Of a stretch of DNA of 64,000 bases, positions 1 through 14,504 are shown piece by piece. The DNA is from Diadema antillarum. Its lineage: Eukaryota. The notes beneath the pieces are model-generated. The model was not told the origin of the DNA. It saw nothing but the letters and a program-made list of their open reading frames with translations, and did no database searches. The position numbers and the translations under genes are program-made. Positions within the stretch are counted from its first letter, which is position 1. Each line of letters starts with the position of its first letter. The DNA is taken from positions 1-64,000 of the forward strand of contig NW_027273809.1 of assembly GCF_040938485.1 (NCBI RefSeq). The letters are read 5' to 3'.

Positions 1-762
1 GTTTCAAATGCTCTTTTTTGGGAACTGCCTGGGGATATTTTTCATGTGTGATGGATATCCATTACACTTGCAATGGTGTGGACTGTACACCAAGAACTTT
101 TTTTTAGTGGTCTTTGTAGCAATTGCATACTATAGTATATGCATAAAAAAGGCTCTTTCAATATGTTTTACGCACATTGACTACTAGCTACAACAACAAA
201 ATAATTGCCTGCAAAGTCTTCCTGATTAAAGTGCAAGAGGAAGTATAGTGTAGAGGCTGTCAATATCAACAATAGCCTTTGGCCTTCATATATGACCACA
301 TTGCTGCAGCTACTGTATACCCCTTAGAATAAGTGAGTCATCAAAGACTGAGTGACACACTAATGATCTAGTTATGTCTGGTACATGCAGTCCATGTGAT
401 TAAGTGCTCCATGATGAAGAATAAATCCCAATTCATGTAATTCAACATTTAGAAGTGCAGTATTTTGCATCAAATTATTGATGGCCTGGATTTCTGGATA
501 CTCTGTGTTGTTATCTGTCATATTCCTTGATATGAGATAGTTGTGCCATTTCATTCAAAACATGGCCATACTGTTGACCTGATCCATGACAATAATACAT
601 GTACATGTACTAGTCCGCTGAGGATGTAATGACACAAAGGGTTCAAAAAAATATGCAAGGAAGGCTGAAAAATCGGACATGTATTTCACAATATTTTCAT
701 ACTGAATTGAATAAAGTCCTATAACTGAGAACAGAAACCCATGACACATACATCTGTATTAA

Positions 763-1143
763 AGGGATCGTATAGTTTTGGTTGAGACCTAATTTCAGGT
801 TTCTAACATTTTTTGGTGAGATAATGAGAAACCTCTTCTGAAATATGAAAGTGCATGTAATTCTATGAGGAATTCAATGTTTATTTGATGAAAATTGGTT
901 TTGAAATGGTTGAGATATCCAAAAAAGTGATTCTAATAAAGTGTGGAACCCATACTTTATTACGATCGCTCTGTTTTACTTTTTTTTTTTGATGTTTCAG
1001 TCATTCCAAACCAGATTTTCATCAAATAAACTTTAAATTCCTCTTAAAATGGTATGCTCTGTGCAATATCATATGTATTTTCTTGGTATCTCGCAAAAAG
1101 TTAAAAGCCCAATTCTCATCTCCACCAAAACTGTACCATCCCT
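763..1143. mobile_element. TTAA-target MITE (Kolobok/piggyBac-like non-autonomous DNA transposon)
   Basis: TTAA at 759-762 followed by AGGGATCGTATAGTTTTGGTTGAGA; the right end TCTCCACCAAAACTGTACCATCCCT is its imperfect inverted repeat. The internal core (TTGGTTTTGAAATGGTTGAGATATCCAAAAA) is shared with the element at 50613-50995. Confidence 0.7.
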
Positions 1144-3070
1144 TTATAAACCCTAAAAGGTCCGGGGGGGGGGGGGGGGGGGGGGTTGATTTAACCCTCC
1201 CCCGGCCACAGAACAGCCCAAAAAAGCCCGGCCTGGTTAGGGTTTTAATAATGTGTATACATATTGATACAATGTGCATCAAAAGTAGTGTCATAGGGTA
1301 CTTGTGTGTTCACAGGTATTCCAAGGAATCACACTGCATACACATACCAGGTGATGACATATCACAGAACTAATTAGCAAAATGTATGTGCTGTTTCAAG
1401 GTGTCAAATAAGTTTTGTAAAAATATTAAGATGGGTGTTGACATGAAGGGCTAACAAGCTACATGCACCATATTCTCTCGATAAAAGAAGGTGACACTGC
1501 TCAGTGGTTCTTTCAGAATAGAATGGGGAAATAAATTAAATACATTGGAAAGCCAGAACCCAGACAACCTGAGTAACCAAATATTCCATTTGATGTAATA
1601 TCTCACTGAAAGATTGAACTGACTTTCAGCAAGAACTATTGAACAATCAGAGAGTGGTGTGTGTGTGTGTGTGGGGGGGGGGGGGTATGGACCAGGCCTA
1701 TGAAACTATTTTCTAATGTACTTTCTCAATACCTTATATGAAACTGACTTCACTGGAATATCTCTAACAGACATTTTTTTTTTTTAATGGTTATGAATGT
1801 AGTGCAGAAAATGGAACTGCTGGAAAGATGTGGTTTTGGGGCAGGAAACAAAATAGAGTCATATGCGATCTTCTGATAGCTCCACAATGTAAATTAATCT
1901 CAGCCAAGCTGGAGGTGAGATTCCACTATCTCATGAAGTGGACACGAACACATGGAGGACAATCAAACAAACAGAATGGGAGAAGTTGCATTAAAATTGA
2001 ACAAGGAAAAAGAATGCTATGCATTTGTAAAGTTGCATGATTCTAGTATGTTGTCACTACACTGATAGACATCATAACCTCAAACTGAGTGTGCAAAGTG
2101 AATGAGATTATGATGTCATTCTCTCACAAGTTTCCCATTGGGCTTTCACTATGAAAGCTATCACAGGAATCATGTTTGGATTGATAATGTAGCAACTACA
2201 AAGTAATCACCCTTATAAGTTGCCATTTCATGTTTTGATTAAGGCCCACGGATGATAACCTTTAGTTGCTTTAGCAACCCTGGAGAAATATTTACCTAAC
2301 AACTTCATTTCAAAATAATTTTCTCCTTCTGGACCAGTGTATTCCATGATGTCTAAAACCATTCATCTGAGAGTTGCAGTTAATATTAGATTTAGGAATT
2401 TGTCCAGTGACAATTAATTTGAATACGCTTCTCTAGATCTCAAATATTACTAGCATATTTACTGATTCCTATGACAAAGCGAAATTACCAACACACTGTT
2501 GGTAACCTTTCATACTACCCTGAAAAGATAGTCACAACTTTGAAAGCATTATCTCTGTGAAATGATGTACAGTCTAAACAGTTTGTTCCATTCACCTTAA
2601 GCTGAGAACAGGAAAGATATTATAATATAACATTTGAAGGTTGTTGTTTTTTTTCATCTCCACTAACTCTGCTTTATTTGATTGGAAAATTAAATTTACA
2701 TGATATGGACTACAGGAAACAACTGTAAAAGTGGTAGAGATTGCACATGAGCATAATCGCTTATTGAGAGGTTATATCAATGAATGACCGATAGTTGTGG
2801 AAGCATATATATGCCTCATGTGAGAGTACACTTACAAGAACTTAAAATCACCTCTTAACTCTGGATAGAAGAAAAAAAAATTGCATGTCGCAAAATCCAA
2901 TTCTGAATCTCCCTGGCACATGTTGGTCATGTGGTATTATGTAACGTTAGCCACATGTCTTCAAGGGTTTAGATGGCCCTTCCACATTAGTCATTCAAAC
3001 TTGAAGTCTCTCTGTGCTCATGAAGCTTCTTGTGAAGCAGTCCAGCATGCCTCAAAAACAAAGGAATGAA

Positions 3071-6000
3071 TCAGAAGAACTTGACTCCTTCATTAGTGTC
3101 AAACGCTATCATCTCTGCCTTTCGCTGACGTTCCAAACATTTCAGCGCTCTCTTCAGCAGCCAGTCTTCTAAGCCATAGAACTCTGGATCAATAGAAAAA
3201 AGGGTACATCCATCACATGCTGTAAGGAGGATGACTGTAATACAATCAACTCTTAATAACATTGCAGCTCTTGGGAGTGCCGTGTAAGCTGCTTCAATTT
3301 GGTAATATTCCCCTTTGGGGATGTACTGAATGAGTACATGTTCTTCATATTTTGGTGCGAGAACTTACTTTCACTAAAGGCAGAAATCTTTATGTGGCTT
3401 CCACTTTAATGCAATGCAAGATACCTTGACACACTTTGTAGGAAAGATAGTGCACTCCTTGCTAAAGTGTCAGAACATTACCTCGTGCAGGGTGTGATGA
3501 GATGACATACATAGTAACAGTGCAATATCTGTGAGTGTTAAGTTGCAGAAAACAATATGAAAAATTCAAAAACTTATTTCAAGATATTTCAGAGATATCG
3601 ATATGAGCTACACTGGAGAAATTGGGTTGGTAACAAAATCATGTGGTTGCATAAAGTACCACTATATTAAAAAGGAAAGTGGTCGACTAGATTACACTTC
3701 TAAATGCTTACGCAACATTTTTTCACAAAGTATATTCTTTAATCTTATCTAAATCTCATCACATTTTGCATCACATTCATACATAGGGATGGCATGTGTC
3801 CACATATCAATGTTGTAGCATCAACACTGTCACTATTGGGTAGATGCTACTACTAACCTTCCTTTGCTGTGTCTTCGCCACTTGTCAATTCATATAACGT
3901 GCACACTGTGTTGGTCATTCCATTGTTACTGGCCTATGGTAAACATAAATAAGATTACTGTAGTAGAATGCAAAGGTGACAGCACAAAAGGTACGTTTTA
4001 ATTTTTTAAAATGTTGTAAAATGGTTGAAAACAAATGAGCAGCTCGTCTTCATTGCCTGTACCAAATACATGTGTATGTGTATGAGAGATGAAAGACTTT
4101 AATACATGCCAGTTACAGACAGGGGAACACTCACTTCACTTTAAACCCTACACAAATCATGTTCATGTTTACTCACCTCTGACAGAACACTAAAACCAGT
4201 CCTACGTATACTTGGGCAGGTGTCCATGGGATATATGTGTTATAGCTAAATCAGCTTGTCCTCAATGGGTTAAAGTTACAAGCATATAGTGGAATACCAT
4301 GAGAATGTTTTATTGCAACTACAGTTGTAGCATATACATTTTGTATGTCATTCAGTTCAGGGACCATTCACTTTAAAGACTTATCTTATTGATAACTTCC
4401 AGTAATAGGTTTTACCACCTGAACTGCCAATCACCTTTCTTGATTTCAATATACAGTGCACTCCCGCTACAACGAACACGGTTATAACGAAATTTCGTTA
4501 TAACGAAGTAAATCTTCTGGTCCCAAAATTATCTCCATTAAAGTCTATGGTACAAAATTCGCTTATAACGAACACGGTTATAGCGAAATTTCCGTTATAT
4601 CGAAGTCTTTTCCGAGCACCACAGACAAAGAAAAACAAAAGAAATGTGTTCCGTTCGAAATGTTCGAAATGCGAATTGCTTTCGAAAATACGTAGCGGAA
4701 CAAGCATTTATAGCGTCTCTGCATGGGTGAACGATCCACATCACTCCGCGTGTTTGCTCCTTGTGTCACGCACAGTTTCTGAGGGGACCTTGCGTTTATT
4801 ATTGTAATACAGTATAACTTATCCCATCACATTTCACATAGCTTTCCAATGTATGATGAGTATTTAGCAAACAGAATATGTGGTTTCCTTGTTTTCGTTA
4901 CATATTGTATTTGCTCAGTTATAACGAAATTTCGTTATAACGAAAGAAAACTGGTGGTCCCGAGCATTTCGTTATAACGGGAGTGCGCTGTACTGCCAAG
5001 GCCATATTAGGGTGCTGGAGGGTGGGTGGCATGGTCAAGAAGAGAGATGGGTGTGATTAAAGGGAACATAAACCCAAAGAGCAATGTGGATTGAGTGAAA
5101 GCAGTATTAGGATGAGTAGAACACATCACTGAAAGTTTGAGGAAAATCGGACAAATGATTCAAAGATATGAATTTAAAAAATTTTTGTGTTGGAACCGCT
5201 GGATGAGGAGACTACTAGAGGTTATGACGTATGAGTGGACAACAATACAAAGAAAATATAAAGAAAATTCAACAAAAATTCACTTTTCTAGCTTTATGAA
5301 AAAGCACTTGACTATCAGAAAGCAGGGGAATAATTGCTACCCTTAACGTAATATGTCAGTATCAAGTTGATGGAATTTGTAATTTTCATGAAAAATGAAT
5401 TTTTGTGGAATTTTCTACTACATTTTCTTTATATTGTCCATTCATACTTCATAATGGGTCATAACCTCTAGTAGTCTCCTCATCCAGCAGTTCCAACACC
5501 AAAAACTTTAAAAATTCATAACTTTTGCATCAATTGTCCGATTTTCCTAAAACTTTCACTGATATGTTCTACTTATATTGCTGCTTTCACTCAATCCACA
5601 TTGCTCTTTGGGTTTGCGTTCCCTTTAATGAAATATAATGACAATCTTTTTTTTCTTCTTTGCAACACCTTCAGGAATCTGATGAAAGTGCAGAACAGCA
5701 AAATCCCATTAACAAGGACATTGCAAGGGCAGATCCAGAATTCCGTACAAATCCGCACAAATTCTTCTCTATTTTCTGTGAAATATTTTGAAATTCACAT
5801 CGCAACAAACAAACTACCAATTCCCACAGTTTAACATGTCACGGTTACAGGACAAGTTCACCTTCATATACATGTGAATTGAGTGAAGGCAACAATATTA
5901 ATAGAACACATCAGTGAAAGTTTGGAGAAGATCGGACAATCCGTTCAAAAGTTATGAATTTTTTTAAGTATCTGCGCAGTCACTGCTGGATGAGAAGACT

Positions 6001-7643
6001 ACTACAGTGTGTGATTTCACATGCGTACAACAATATAAGGAAAATAAAAAGAGAATTTCACAAAACTTTACGTTTTGAATAAAGTGCACATTTCTTCGAC
6101 TTGTTAGTGACGTATGTTAAGGGTAATATTATTCACCTTGCCTTCTGAAAGAGAGAAGAGTGTTCTTTTGCTATGCGAGAAAAGTGAAAATATGTTAAAT
6201 TTTCTTTATTCTTTCTTTATATCATTGTACACATGTGACATCACAAGCTATAGTAGTCTTCTCATCCAGCCCTTACTGAGCAGAAACTTCAAAAATTCAT
6301 AACTTTTGAACGGATTGTCCAACTTCCCTCAAACTCTCACTGATGTGTTTCTGCTAATATTGCTGCATTCACTAAACCCACATGTCTATGAAGGTGAACT
6401 TGTCCTTTAATTAGAACCAAATGGTTTACCAAACTAAAAGGGGATTCTCATTTTATCTGATCTTGTTTGAATGGAGATCACACACTTTCCCAACAATGAA
6501 TGTACAAGAATAGCTACTGGTAATGGCCCTGGATATATGCTTTGCTTTATACTTACCCATCGGTATATGAGATTTCCCCATTCCTCTGGTGTTCGCCACA
6601 TAACGAGACATCTTGTTCTCCCCTTATCTGTCCATTCAATATTTCCTACAGAGGCAACAAAGCATGAAATATGAAATGGTATACCTCTGTATACATTTTC
6701 TGTAATAAAAAGTGTTTAGATTATGATTATGTGCTATGTAACATGTACTGTATGTCATTTAATGTAACACACTGCTTCAGTTTCATTAGCTGAATCATTA
6801 TAGCTTATCGTTGGTTAACAGTCACATTAATTTCAGGGGTTAGGCAGTTTAATTGCTTACTTGGTTGCAATGTCAAATTGATGTGTCTAATATCTGAAGC
6901 ATATGGCATTCATCATCTTGATTGTAACTACCAATAATGTGATGTTAACAACTATGAAATGATACAAAAAATGGTTACTGTTGTGGAGTTAGAGGCAGAT
7001 TCTTCTTCTCGGGTCTTTTTGCATTGTTCATTTATTATTAGCACACTAACCTTTTACCCTCAAGTCTTCAAGCACAGCCTGTATTCCTTCCGCAGACAGC
7101 TTCCCTGAGAGATGAAATTAAGGACACTTACTCTTGCAATACTACATGAAAGGTGTACAATGATCTTAATCTTCCAATCATGGTTGAGGTCTCAGAATAG
7201 ACATGATCATTTTTTTAATCACTGCAATATATTTCTACTGGTATAATGTATTTTGACTTGCAATCTGAGTCATAGTCATCTAATAAAACATGCCAACTTT
7301 AGATGATGACTTGATAAGAATCTGAAAGATTTTTGAAGGAAGCCTTCTTTTATATTCATGAATTATAGTGTTATTCCACACCAAGTTCAAGTTGGCTCTG
7401 ACAAACAAAATAAAATCAAACAATCATAGTTTTACACCTTTCATCAAAGTCAGAACAACAAAAGAAACTCAAACATGAAATACGATGTTGTAATAATGTC
7501 ATAGCCTCACAATCTCCAAATGACCTACAAACAAATCTCCACTAGATTTCTTTGTGTCATTTGACATGATCTCAAGAAAGAAAACTCTCATCCTTCTCAT
7601 CTGCTGCACTGCAATAACCTAGCAATGATGGCTTCCAGACTTT

Positions 7644-7677
<34 letters not shown>

Positions 7678-10600
7678 TTTCCACTGTTAAAGGATACATT
7701 TCAGGGATGTCAGGTTATTTTCTGTTTCCAATGTGCATTACCCCCCAATACAATACAATCTGTTCAAATACTTTAATGAGAGATAAATTTGCCCCAAAAT
7801 TGCTTGAAAGAAGCAATTCTGTAGAATTTTTGCCAAAATAATTTGTGTGTGTGTGTGTGTGTGTAAAACATACGCAACGTTGCACAGGACATCTATGAAA
7901 TAACATATATATGAAGGTCAAATACATGTGCAGTGAAAATTTGTGTTTTTTGACTGAATGGCCTAACATTGCTTAGAAAAGGTGATAACCAGCACTAAAA
8001 TTCTGTTGAACACTGTGTTTTATACCATTTCTATATTTAGTGGGGTATCACATTTCACACGGACAGACAAAAATGTGAGTTTTGTATGTCAATTTTATAA
8101 ACATATCCCATGTCAATCTTATTATATTTCCCACTATAGTAGAAAACACAGTGTTTAATAGATGAAGATGCAACCATTCTGTTGGACTATACTCTATTCA
8201 GTGAGTCAACTTAAAAAAAATAAAAACATTCTGTGATTGCACTTTACAGAGTTGTACAAAAGTGCCCTGGAGATTGAGTCATGCAAGAATGTCTGTTTTG
8301 CCAAACTAAATCTTTGTCTGCAGACAAGATAGATGCCACTATACTGTCATATTTCCAGTGTTTTCGTATTTTTGTTTGTTTGAACACACTGCAAATGACC
8401 TTTGTTTATACAAATCCAACTCACAAATACATTTCAGAACATGGTTTTCTCACCAACTGTGTATCCATTTACTTTTTAAAACTGAACTAAACTCAGTCCA
8501 TTCACAATTAGGCATGACAGATATTGAACCCCCAAACACGATTAAGTTAAGTTCACTTTAAAATCTAATCATGGGTTACAGTAGATGAACACTAAGAATA
8601 TAAATTATGAAACAATTATGACAGATAATGAATCACAAGAGATGCACAAAAGACAAAAAGTGATTCAATAACGCCATTCATCAATGACTATTAAATGCAT
8701 GGGCTAAAGAGAGTGAAAATGCAGGAACTATTAGTCTTCATCCAAAGAACTGTTCACACATTGACCAGAAATACAACTAATCGATATTCAATGCAAACTC
8801 AAAAAAAGTTCATAAAGTTGACTACATCACAACATCACAACATCACATATTGAATAGCCACACTGGTTCCTCGACTTTCAACAAAGGAAGTAAGCATGCT
8901 GCATTTTCTGCAAGGTAGGCTATAACATCACATAAAAGGATACTGTTCAACTTGGCATTACTGAAGAGAGGAGAAGATGCTGCCTCTTTGACATCTAGTG
9001 TGTATATCCTGTGATGTTTGTGGTATGCAAGCAAAAGATCACACCATGCTTGAATCTGCTTCTTCCTCACTTCTAGATTGGGCTGTAATCTGCAGGAATG
9101 AATAGTATATTAAAAACATCTATCAACACACATCTCTTAAAACAGAAAATGTGGTGAGTGATTACAGAAAGTATTAAATTAAGAGACAGAAAGAGTGTAG
9201 TCTGGTTTTTAAATGCCTGCCTATCTACAATGTATATGATAAATAGATGGCTTGTAGATGTCAGAATAACTTACACACAACAAGGTGACTTCAGCACAAT
9301 ACACACATGAATTTAATGCCTACAGTTGTACAAGAAAAGATGAAGGGAGGGATCATCAGTATTCATTTCGTACATAAACAGAAATGTCATCTTCCATTTG
9401 GGGCTCCATTAGACATTAAAGGTGCATAGTCCCGGTAGTGTAGAGGGCGCTGTTGATGATACTGCCGATCACCGTCAGCACTGATACGAAAATTACCGAA
9501 ATTGAGCTGTCATCAAGAGTAAAGTGCGTAGGTGTTGCTAAGTAATGTTGCCTTCGTTGTCTTCTCTGCGCATCACGCAGTCTATAGTAATGCCAGGGTG
9601 TGTGCATACAGCTGTATGTGCTTGTTATTATGACATCACAAAAGAGGTTTACTAAAGCTATCATCCCCCTCAGCCGAATCATGAGCCGAACTGTGATCGG
9701 ACCACTGACTACAGTGAATCTGACTTCTTCGGACTCGGGGAAGTGGGCCACAGTGTAAGCGCTAAAGAGGAGTCGATAGCTTAGGTCTCTATAGGAAACT
9801 TGCGCTGTGCGCCCGCGTGCGCATTTGACTAAAACACCGGGACCATCTATGCACCTGTAAGTCTGACAACAGAAACCAGTACTGGTCACCAATATGTTGC
9901 TCAATCAATTCACCTGCATGCAGCTAGATCTTTGAAAACTCACTGCAGTCAGGTTGAGACACACACATATCTATCATCACAGTCAAAAAGCACTTTTCGA
10001 GTTTTACTTCATGTATATGTTATGAAAACAGAAAGAGGTCCATGACAAAAAACCAAAAACAAAACAAAACAAACAAACACACACACACACACACAAACAC
10101 AACTATCCTGATACACAAACATGCACAGCTGTCATATTCTACTCCCTAGGATTATAGTTGCCTGCAATCATGCAACTACTGGTGAATTTTAAATGAATGT
10201 CCAATGTTACTTAAAGTTTGTTTGTTTGTTTGTTTGTTTGTTTGTTTGTTTGTTTGTTTGTTTGTTGAACATTGTGGTTTAACCTACCTCCACTGCATCA
10301 AGGAAGGTAGTCACTTTCTAAGCAAGCATTGTGATTTCTTGGATTCAGGAAACAGTGAGCATTCTAAAACCTTTAATGCTCTTATCGAGGCTAGTATCTA
10401 AAGTGATTGATTCCAGATTTACAGTTTCTTCATATGTAGACTATAAGATAATGACAAACCAATTCTTACATGTCAGATGTTAATCACTATCTTATAGACT
10501 TTTATTTCTATCTCTCATATCACTGAAACTCTGAGGTCTCAAGAATGAGAGCCATTAGAATAAATCTTATATTCGCTAGGCAGCATATTGAATGATATTC

Positions 10601-13600
10601 TCATTTTGCTTTATAAATCTTTCATTCAGCCACATGTTATACGTGTGTATACATGTACATGGAACTGAAGAGTGTGGAACTTCATCTCATGTAACTAGTT
10701 TAAATTGTATTTTACTTTGTCAGAAGACTGCAATGAGAACAATCACTTATCATCCATTATGGATAAGTTTAAAAAAAAAAAAACTTTTTGAACAGAAAAC
10801 TACAGGTCATGGTGTTTTCTACTTGATTGATATTCCATTCAAACATAACTTTATGTTGGATTTGTTGAAAGGCAATTTACTTCATTGAGTAGAATACTGT
10901 CAATGTATTCAACACTCCTACGCAACAAGAGGTAAACAGTAGTTTACCAACTGGTGCTTTAAAAGTGTGCAAACTTTCAAAATCCTGATATTCCTAAATA
11001 GGAGTTAAATTGTGGAATTCCTTGACAAGGGACATCCGAAAGCCAATACAGGGAGATCCAGCAATATCATGAAATAGGCCCCACCACAGGGTGCATTTGT
11101 ATGTATGCAAGCAAGGTTAGGTAGTGTAAGGTAGTATCTTTGGCAAAATTAGTGTATAAGCTGTTATTTTCGCGAGGGCTTAATTTTTGCAAATTTCATG
11201 AATCACAGTTGAATCGCGAATTTAACAACACATGAAAACGTCCTCATGCGCTTTGTTCCCAGAGCATTAAGGTAAGCGTCAGCGTCGATTCGCGAAAACA
11301 ACATCTCACGAAAATGTCTAAGACCTCGTCATTCGCGAAAATAACAGCATATAATACAGTAGTGGAGGGACATATACAATGAAGATCTACATTAGGAAGT
11401 CTTTTTTTAGAATAAAAGGATAACAGAAAAGAAAGATCACAGAAATGAAAAGAAAAGAAAAAAGGGAAGGAAAGAAGGAAGGACAGAAAATGCTAAGCTG
11501 CAAAAAATTCATCCCACAAAGAAGCTTCGAAGCTCCTTGGTCCCACGGCTGTATCAATCACACACACAGGTATGGTATTACCGCCTACCGGATAGCATGG
11601 TAATTCTGGACACGCACATTTTTGCATACTAATGACATTCAGTATGCGCGAGACTTATTAGATTAGCCTTGCAGAACGTTGCGTGGACCGAAATCGCAAA
11701 AAATGCGACTCAAGAATGTAAAAAATGTGAAGAAATTCACATTTTATCTCAGATTTATAGTTGAGTGACCTGCACCTCATCATAGTTAACCCGTTCCTTA
11801 CGGGAACCTGGTTTACCAGGTTCCCGTGGGAGCAACTGATATACGGGAACCTGGTTTACCAGGTTCCCAAAATGAAGACAAGAGTGCCTGCTTGAGTGGC
11901 CTAAATTCATGTTTCTTTGTTTTAAAATGCTCAGAAAAGTGGGTTTGATAAAAAGATTAGAGTTTATTCTATCAGAATTTGTTCTCCTGCTGTTAAAAAA
12001 GTTTTTTTTTTTAACAGTATTATGTACCTTTTCCTGATTTAGTTTTTTGCTTGTTCTGCTGTAAACTCGTACGAACATGTACATAATGATCAAGGCTGAG
12101 ATCAGTTAGAAATGCGGGTTCGCTGACCCCAGTCACCTCATTCAGGTACCTGGTTTTGTGTAGAACAAAAGATTCTGAGAGCTCATCAGCGCACGCTCTA
12201 TTCATCTTACCTCGCACCCGATCGATATTTCCATTGTTCACGGGCACATGTAGTTGACCGTAGAAAGGGGGACACAATGAACCGCTTGACTGCCTTCACA
12301 CAGCTGGATTACCAACCTGTGTGCCTCTCTGTCGACGGGCGAAAAGATTCTCGTTTGGGGGGATTAAAGGCACTCAGATAATTGCGGAAGGAACGAGTTA
12401 ATATTTATGCATGTTTGAATCACATTTCATAATTCTATGAAATCCCACTCACATACAAGAAAAATGCTGAAGATTCCAATAGAACCACAAGTTCACTGAG
12501 CGATATTCAAAAAAATTTGCAGCTATTGTCCTCAAACACAAACGATGCATTAGTTGTGCACTAAGGAAGCAACTCGTCACCCGCGCTCCCATAGACAAAG
12601 CACGTGAAATAGAAGTTGTCGATTTTTTATCGCGTGAACTGTTCGATATGTTCAAGATAGACATTTTACCATGAAATACAAATTTTGAGCCTCATTTGCC
12701 GATTTTGTCTTTGTCGTCCGCTTGGTAAGAATGTGTACGGTGATTCGTGGGATGAATTGTGACTCTGGTGCAATGTGCGAAAGACATCCGATTATTTCAT
12801 TACGAAAATCGTGTCTGGAATTATAATGCGATTTTACACTGCGCAAAAAGACAACTTTTTGGAGAGGGGTATATTTGAAGTCTATTTTCAAAAAATCAGA
12901 GTGAATAATTTTCATAATTTTGCAAAATTTGTAATTTTCAGGACTTTGTGAATAACTCGTGCTATTTTTGACTGAAATTTCATCTTCTGAGTACGGAATT
13001 CAGAGCCACAAAAAAAAGCGTCCGGTGATACGATCAACTCTCCTAAATGCTCTTTGGTGGGGCCGCCTTCACAAAGAAAGCTCGAAAGTATATTGTGCAA
13101 GAAAGCCCCACTGCTGTGCTTATGGACTGTCGAGTGTTGTCACTGAACGCCACATATGGTATGGGTGAATTTACAATTATAATATGTAGAGTCTTGCCAG
13201 CGCCAGGTAAGCCGCCGTATCAATATTTAGTAGACGAGAATTGTCTGCAGACAGTGCAGTGGTCATGATAAGGTAGTGCTGCCTGCTGCAGTGCTGGGGG
13301 CCCATTTCAAACATTACAATTCCACTTTTACACAAAAGACAAAAATAAGAAAGATGTTGATAAATATGACAGGGCAAGAAGAAGCTATACCTGCCTTGCA
13401 TAGTCTGTCTATCAAGGTGGATTTGATCCATCCTGCTCCCAATAATTCCGAGTATAAAAAAAAGGTTTCGAAAATAAACGGTTGAGAGAGAGAGAGAGAG
13501 AGAGAGAGGGTTGGTGCAACTGACACAAAATAACATATATGGGACTGTTGCTTTTTACTTTCTACCAATATTCTAAAGCTGGGAATGTGACCACAAAAGT

Positions 13601-13733
13601 AAAATGAACGAACGATATTACGGGGATTTAGTTATAAAAATTCTAAGATCTGATTGAAATGAGTGGAATAAAACTGATCTTACGTGAAAAATGGTGGAAA
13701 TTCGTACTGCCACGGCCACTCGTAATTCCCCAT
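3071..13733 (-). CDS. VPS25: Vacuolar protein-sorting-associated protein 25 (ESCRT-II subunit), complete 6-exon gene, 175 aa
   Basis: Exons 13733-13684, 9089-8944, 7104-7051, 6645-6557, 3933-3858 and 3183-3071. All introns are GT-AG, phases are compatible, total 528 nt. Translation MGNYEWPWQYEFPPFFTLQPNLEVRKKQIQAWCDLLLAY...MWRTPEEWGNLIYRW...VCTLYELTSGEDT...KAEMIAFDTNEGVKFF* has the VPS25 hallmarks (WPWQYxFPPFFTLQP, WRxPEEWG, GVKFF end). Confidence 0.97.
4454..4990. mobile_element. Tc1/mariner/pogo-type MITE (TA TSD) in a VPS25 intron
   Basis: TA|CAGTGCACTCCCGCTACAACGA ... TCGTTATAACGGGAGTGCGCTG|TA terminal inverted repeats, with internal repeats of GTTATAACGAAAT. Confidence 0.85.
5061..5624. 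mobile_element. TTAA-flanked MITE with long inverted arms
   Basis: TTAA|AGGGAACATAAACCCAAAGAGCAATGTGGATTGAGTGAAAGCAG ... CTGCTTTCACTCAATCCACATTGCTCTTTGGGTTTGCGTTCCCT|TTAA; most of the element is an imperfect palindrome. Confidence 0.88.
5849..6406. mobile_element. TTAA-type MITE related to 5061-5624
   Basis: TTAC|AGGACAAGTTCACCTTCATA ... TATGAAGGTGAACTTGTCCT|TTAA. It shares the subterminal core (AGAACACATCAGTGAAAGTTTG, TTCAAAAGTTATGAATTTTT) with the neighbouring element. Confidence 0.85.
7645..7675 (+). repeat. poly(G) tract
   Basis: About 31 consecutive G; shorter G runs also occur at about 1165-1186 and 1674-1685. Confidence 0.9.
9420..9856. mobile_element. TTAA-type MITE in VPS25 intron 1
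   Basis: TTAA|AGGTGCATAGTCCCGGT ... ACCGGGACCATCTATGCACCT|GTAA inverted termini. Confidence 0.7.
10216..10265 (+). repeat. (GTTT)n microsatellite
   Basis: About 12 tandem GTTT units. Confidence 0.95.
11153..11361. mobile_element. short TA-type MITE
   Basis: TGTATAAGCTGTTATTTTCGCGAG ... TTCGCGAAAATAACAGCATATAATACAGTA inverted termini. Confidence 0.7.
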
Positions 13734-14096
13734 TGCATTGCAATGCACTCTCGCTCCGCTCCTTTCCCGTGTGAATTTATCATCGACCTCAGCTCCTCGT
13801 CCTGATCGTTGACCTTTTGAAGCTAGTCGTGAACATAGACCGTCAGTACCTTTATACCGCGTGGATAAACAGTACGAATATGAAGCTTGATTTGTTTTGT
13901 TTTGTTTTGTTTTGTTTGTTCGTTTTTGGTGGCTGTCTGTACCATGACAATGGGATGATAATGGGATGACATGATAAGAAAAAATCACCTCTATTTTTAA
14001 ATTAAGAATGAAAGATACAGTATCTTACATGATACAATATTGATTGTACAATGTGCACTCATAGAATATTCCCACACACGTATTTTTTTATTTCAT

Positions 14097-14307
14097 NNNN
14101 NNNNNNNNNNNNNNNNNNNNNNNNNNNNNNNNNNNNNNNNNNNNNNNNNNNNNNNNNNNNNNNNNNNNNNNNNNNNNNNNNNNNNNNNNNNNNNNNNNNN
14201 NNNNNNNNNNNNNNNNNNNNNNNNNNNNNNNNNNNNNNNNNNNNNNNNNNNNNNNNNNNNNNNNNNNNNNNNNNNNNNNNNNNNNNNNNNNNNNNNNNNN
14301 NNNNNNN
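14097..14307. other. assembly gap
   Basis: 211 N bases. Confidence 1.
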
Positions 14308-14504
14308 CGTTACTAAGTTATAAACGTGAGTCTATTTGACACTAATCCTTATGACGAGGAATGCCCCGAAGGATTGCCAGGTACATAATTATGCTTTCTG
14401 GCATAATTTTAGACTCTTCAGCATCTAACATTATGCTAGGCATAATTTGGCTGTTTTTAGCATAATTCTAGCGTAATTGCTATAAAAAAGGAATCTTCAG
14501 GCGT

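Noticed and set aside
372-749. Short minus-strand ORFs (60 and 64 aa)
   Set aside because: No recognisable motifs or linked exons; they are separated by a stop codon.
9416-9904. 162-aa minus-strand ORF in VPS25 intron 1
   Set aside because: It coincides with a TIR-bounded MITE, has no recognisable motif and no splice context; likely a chance ORF.
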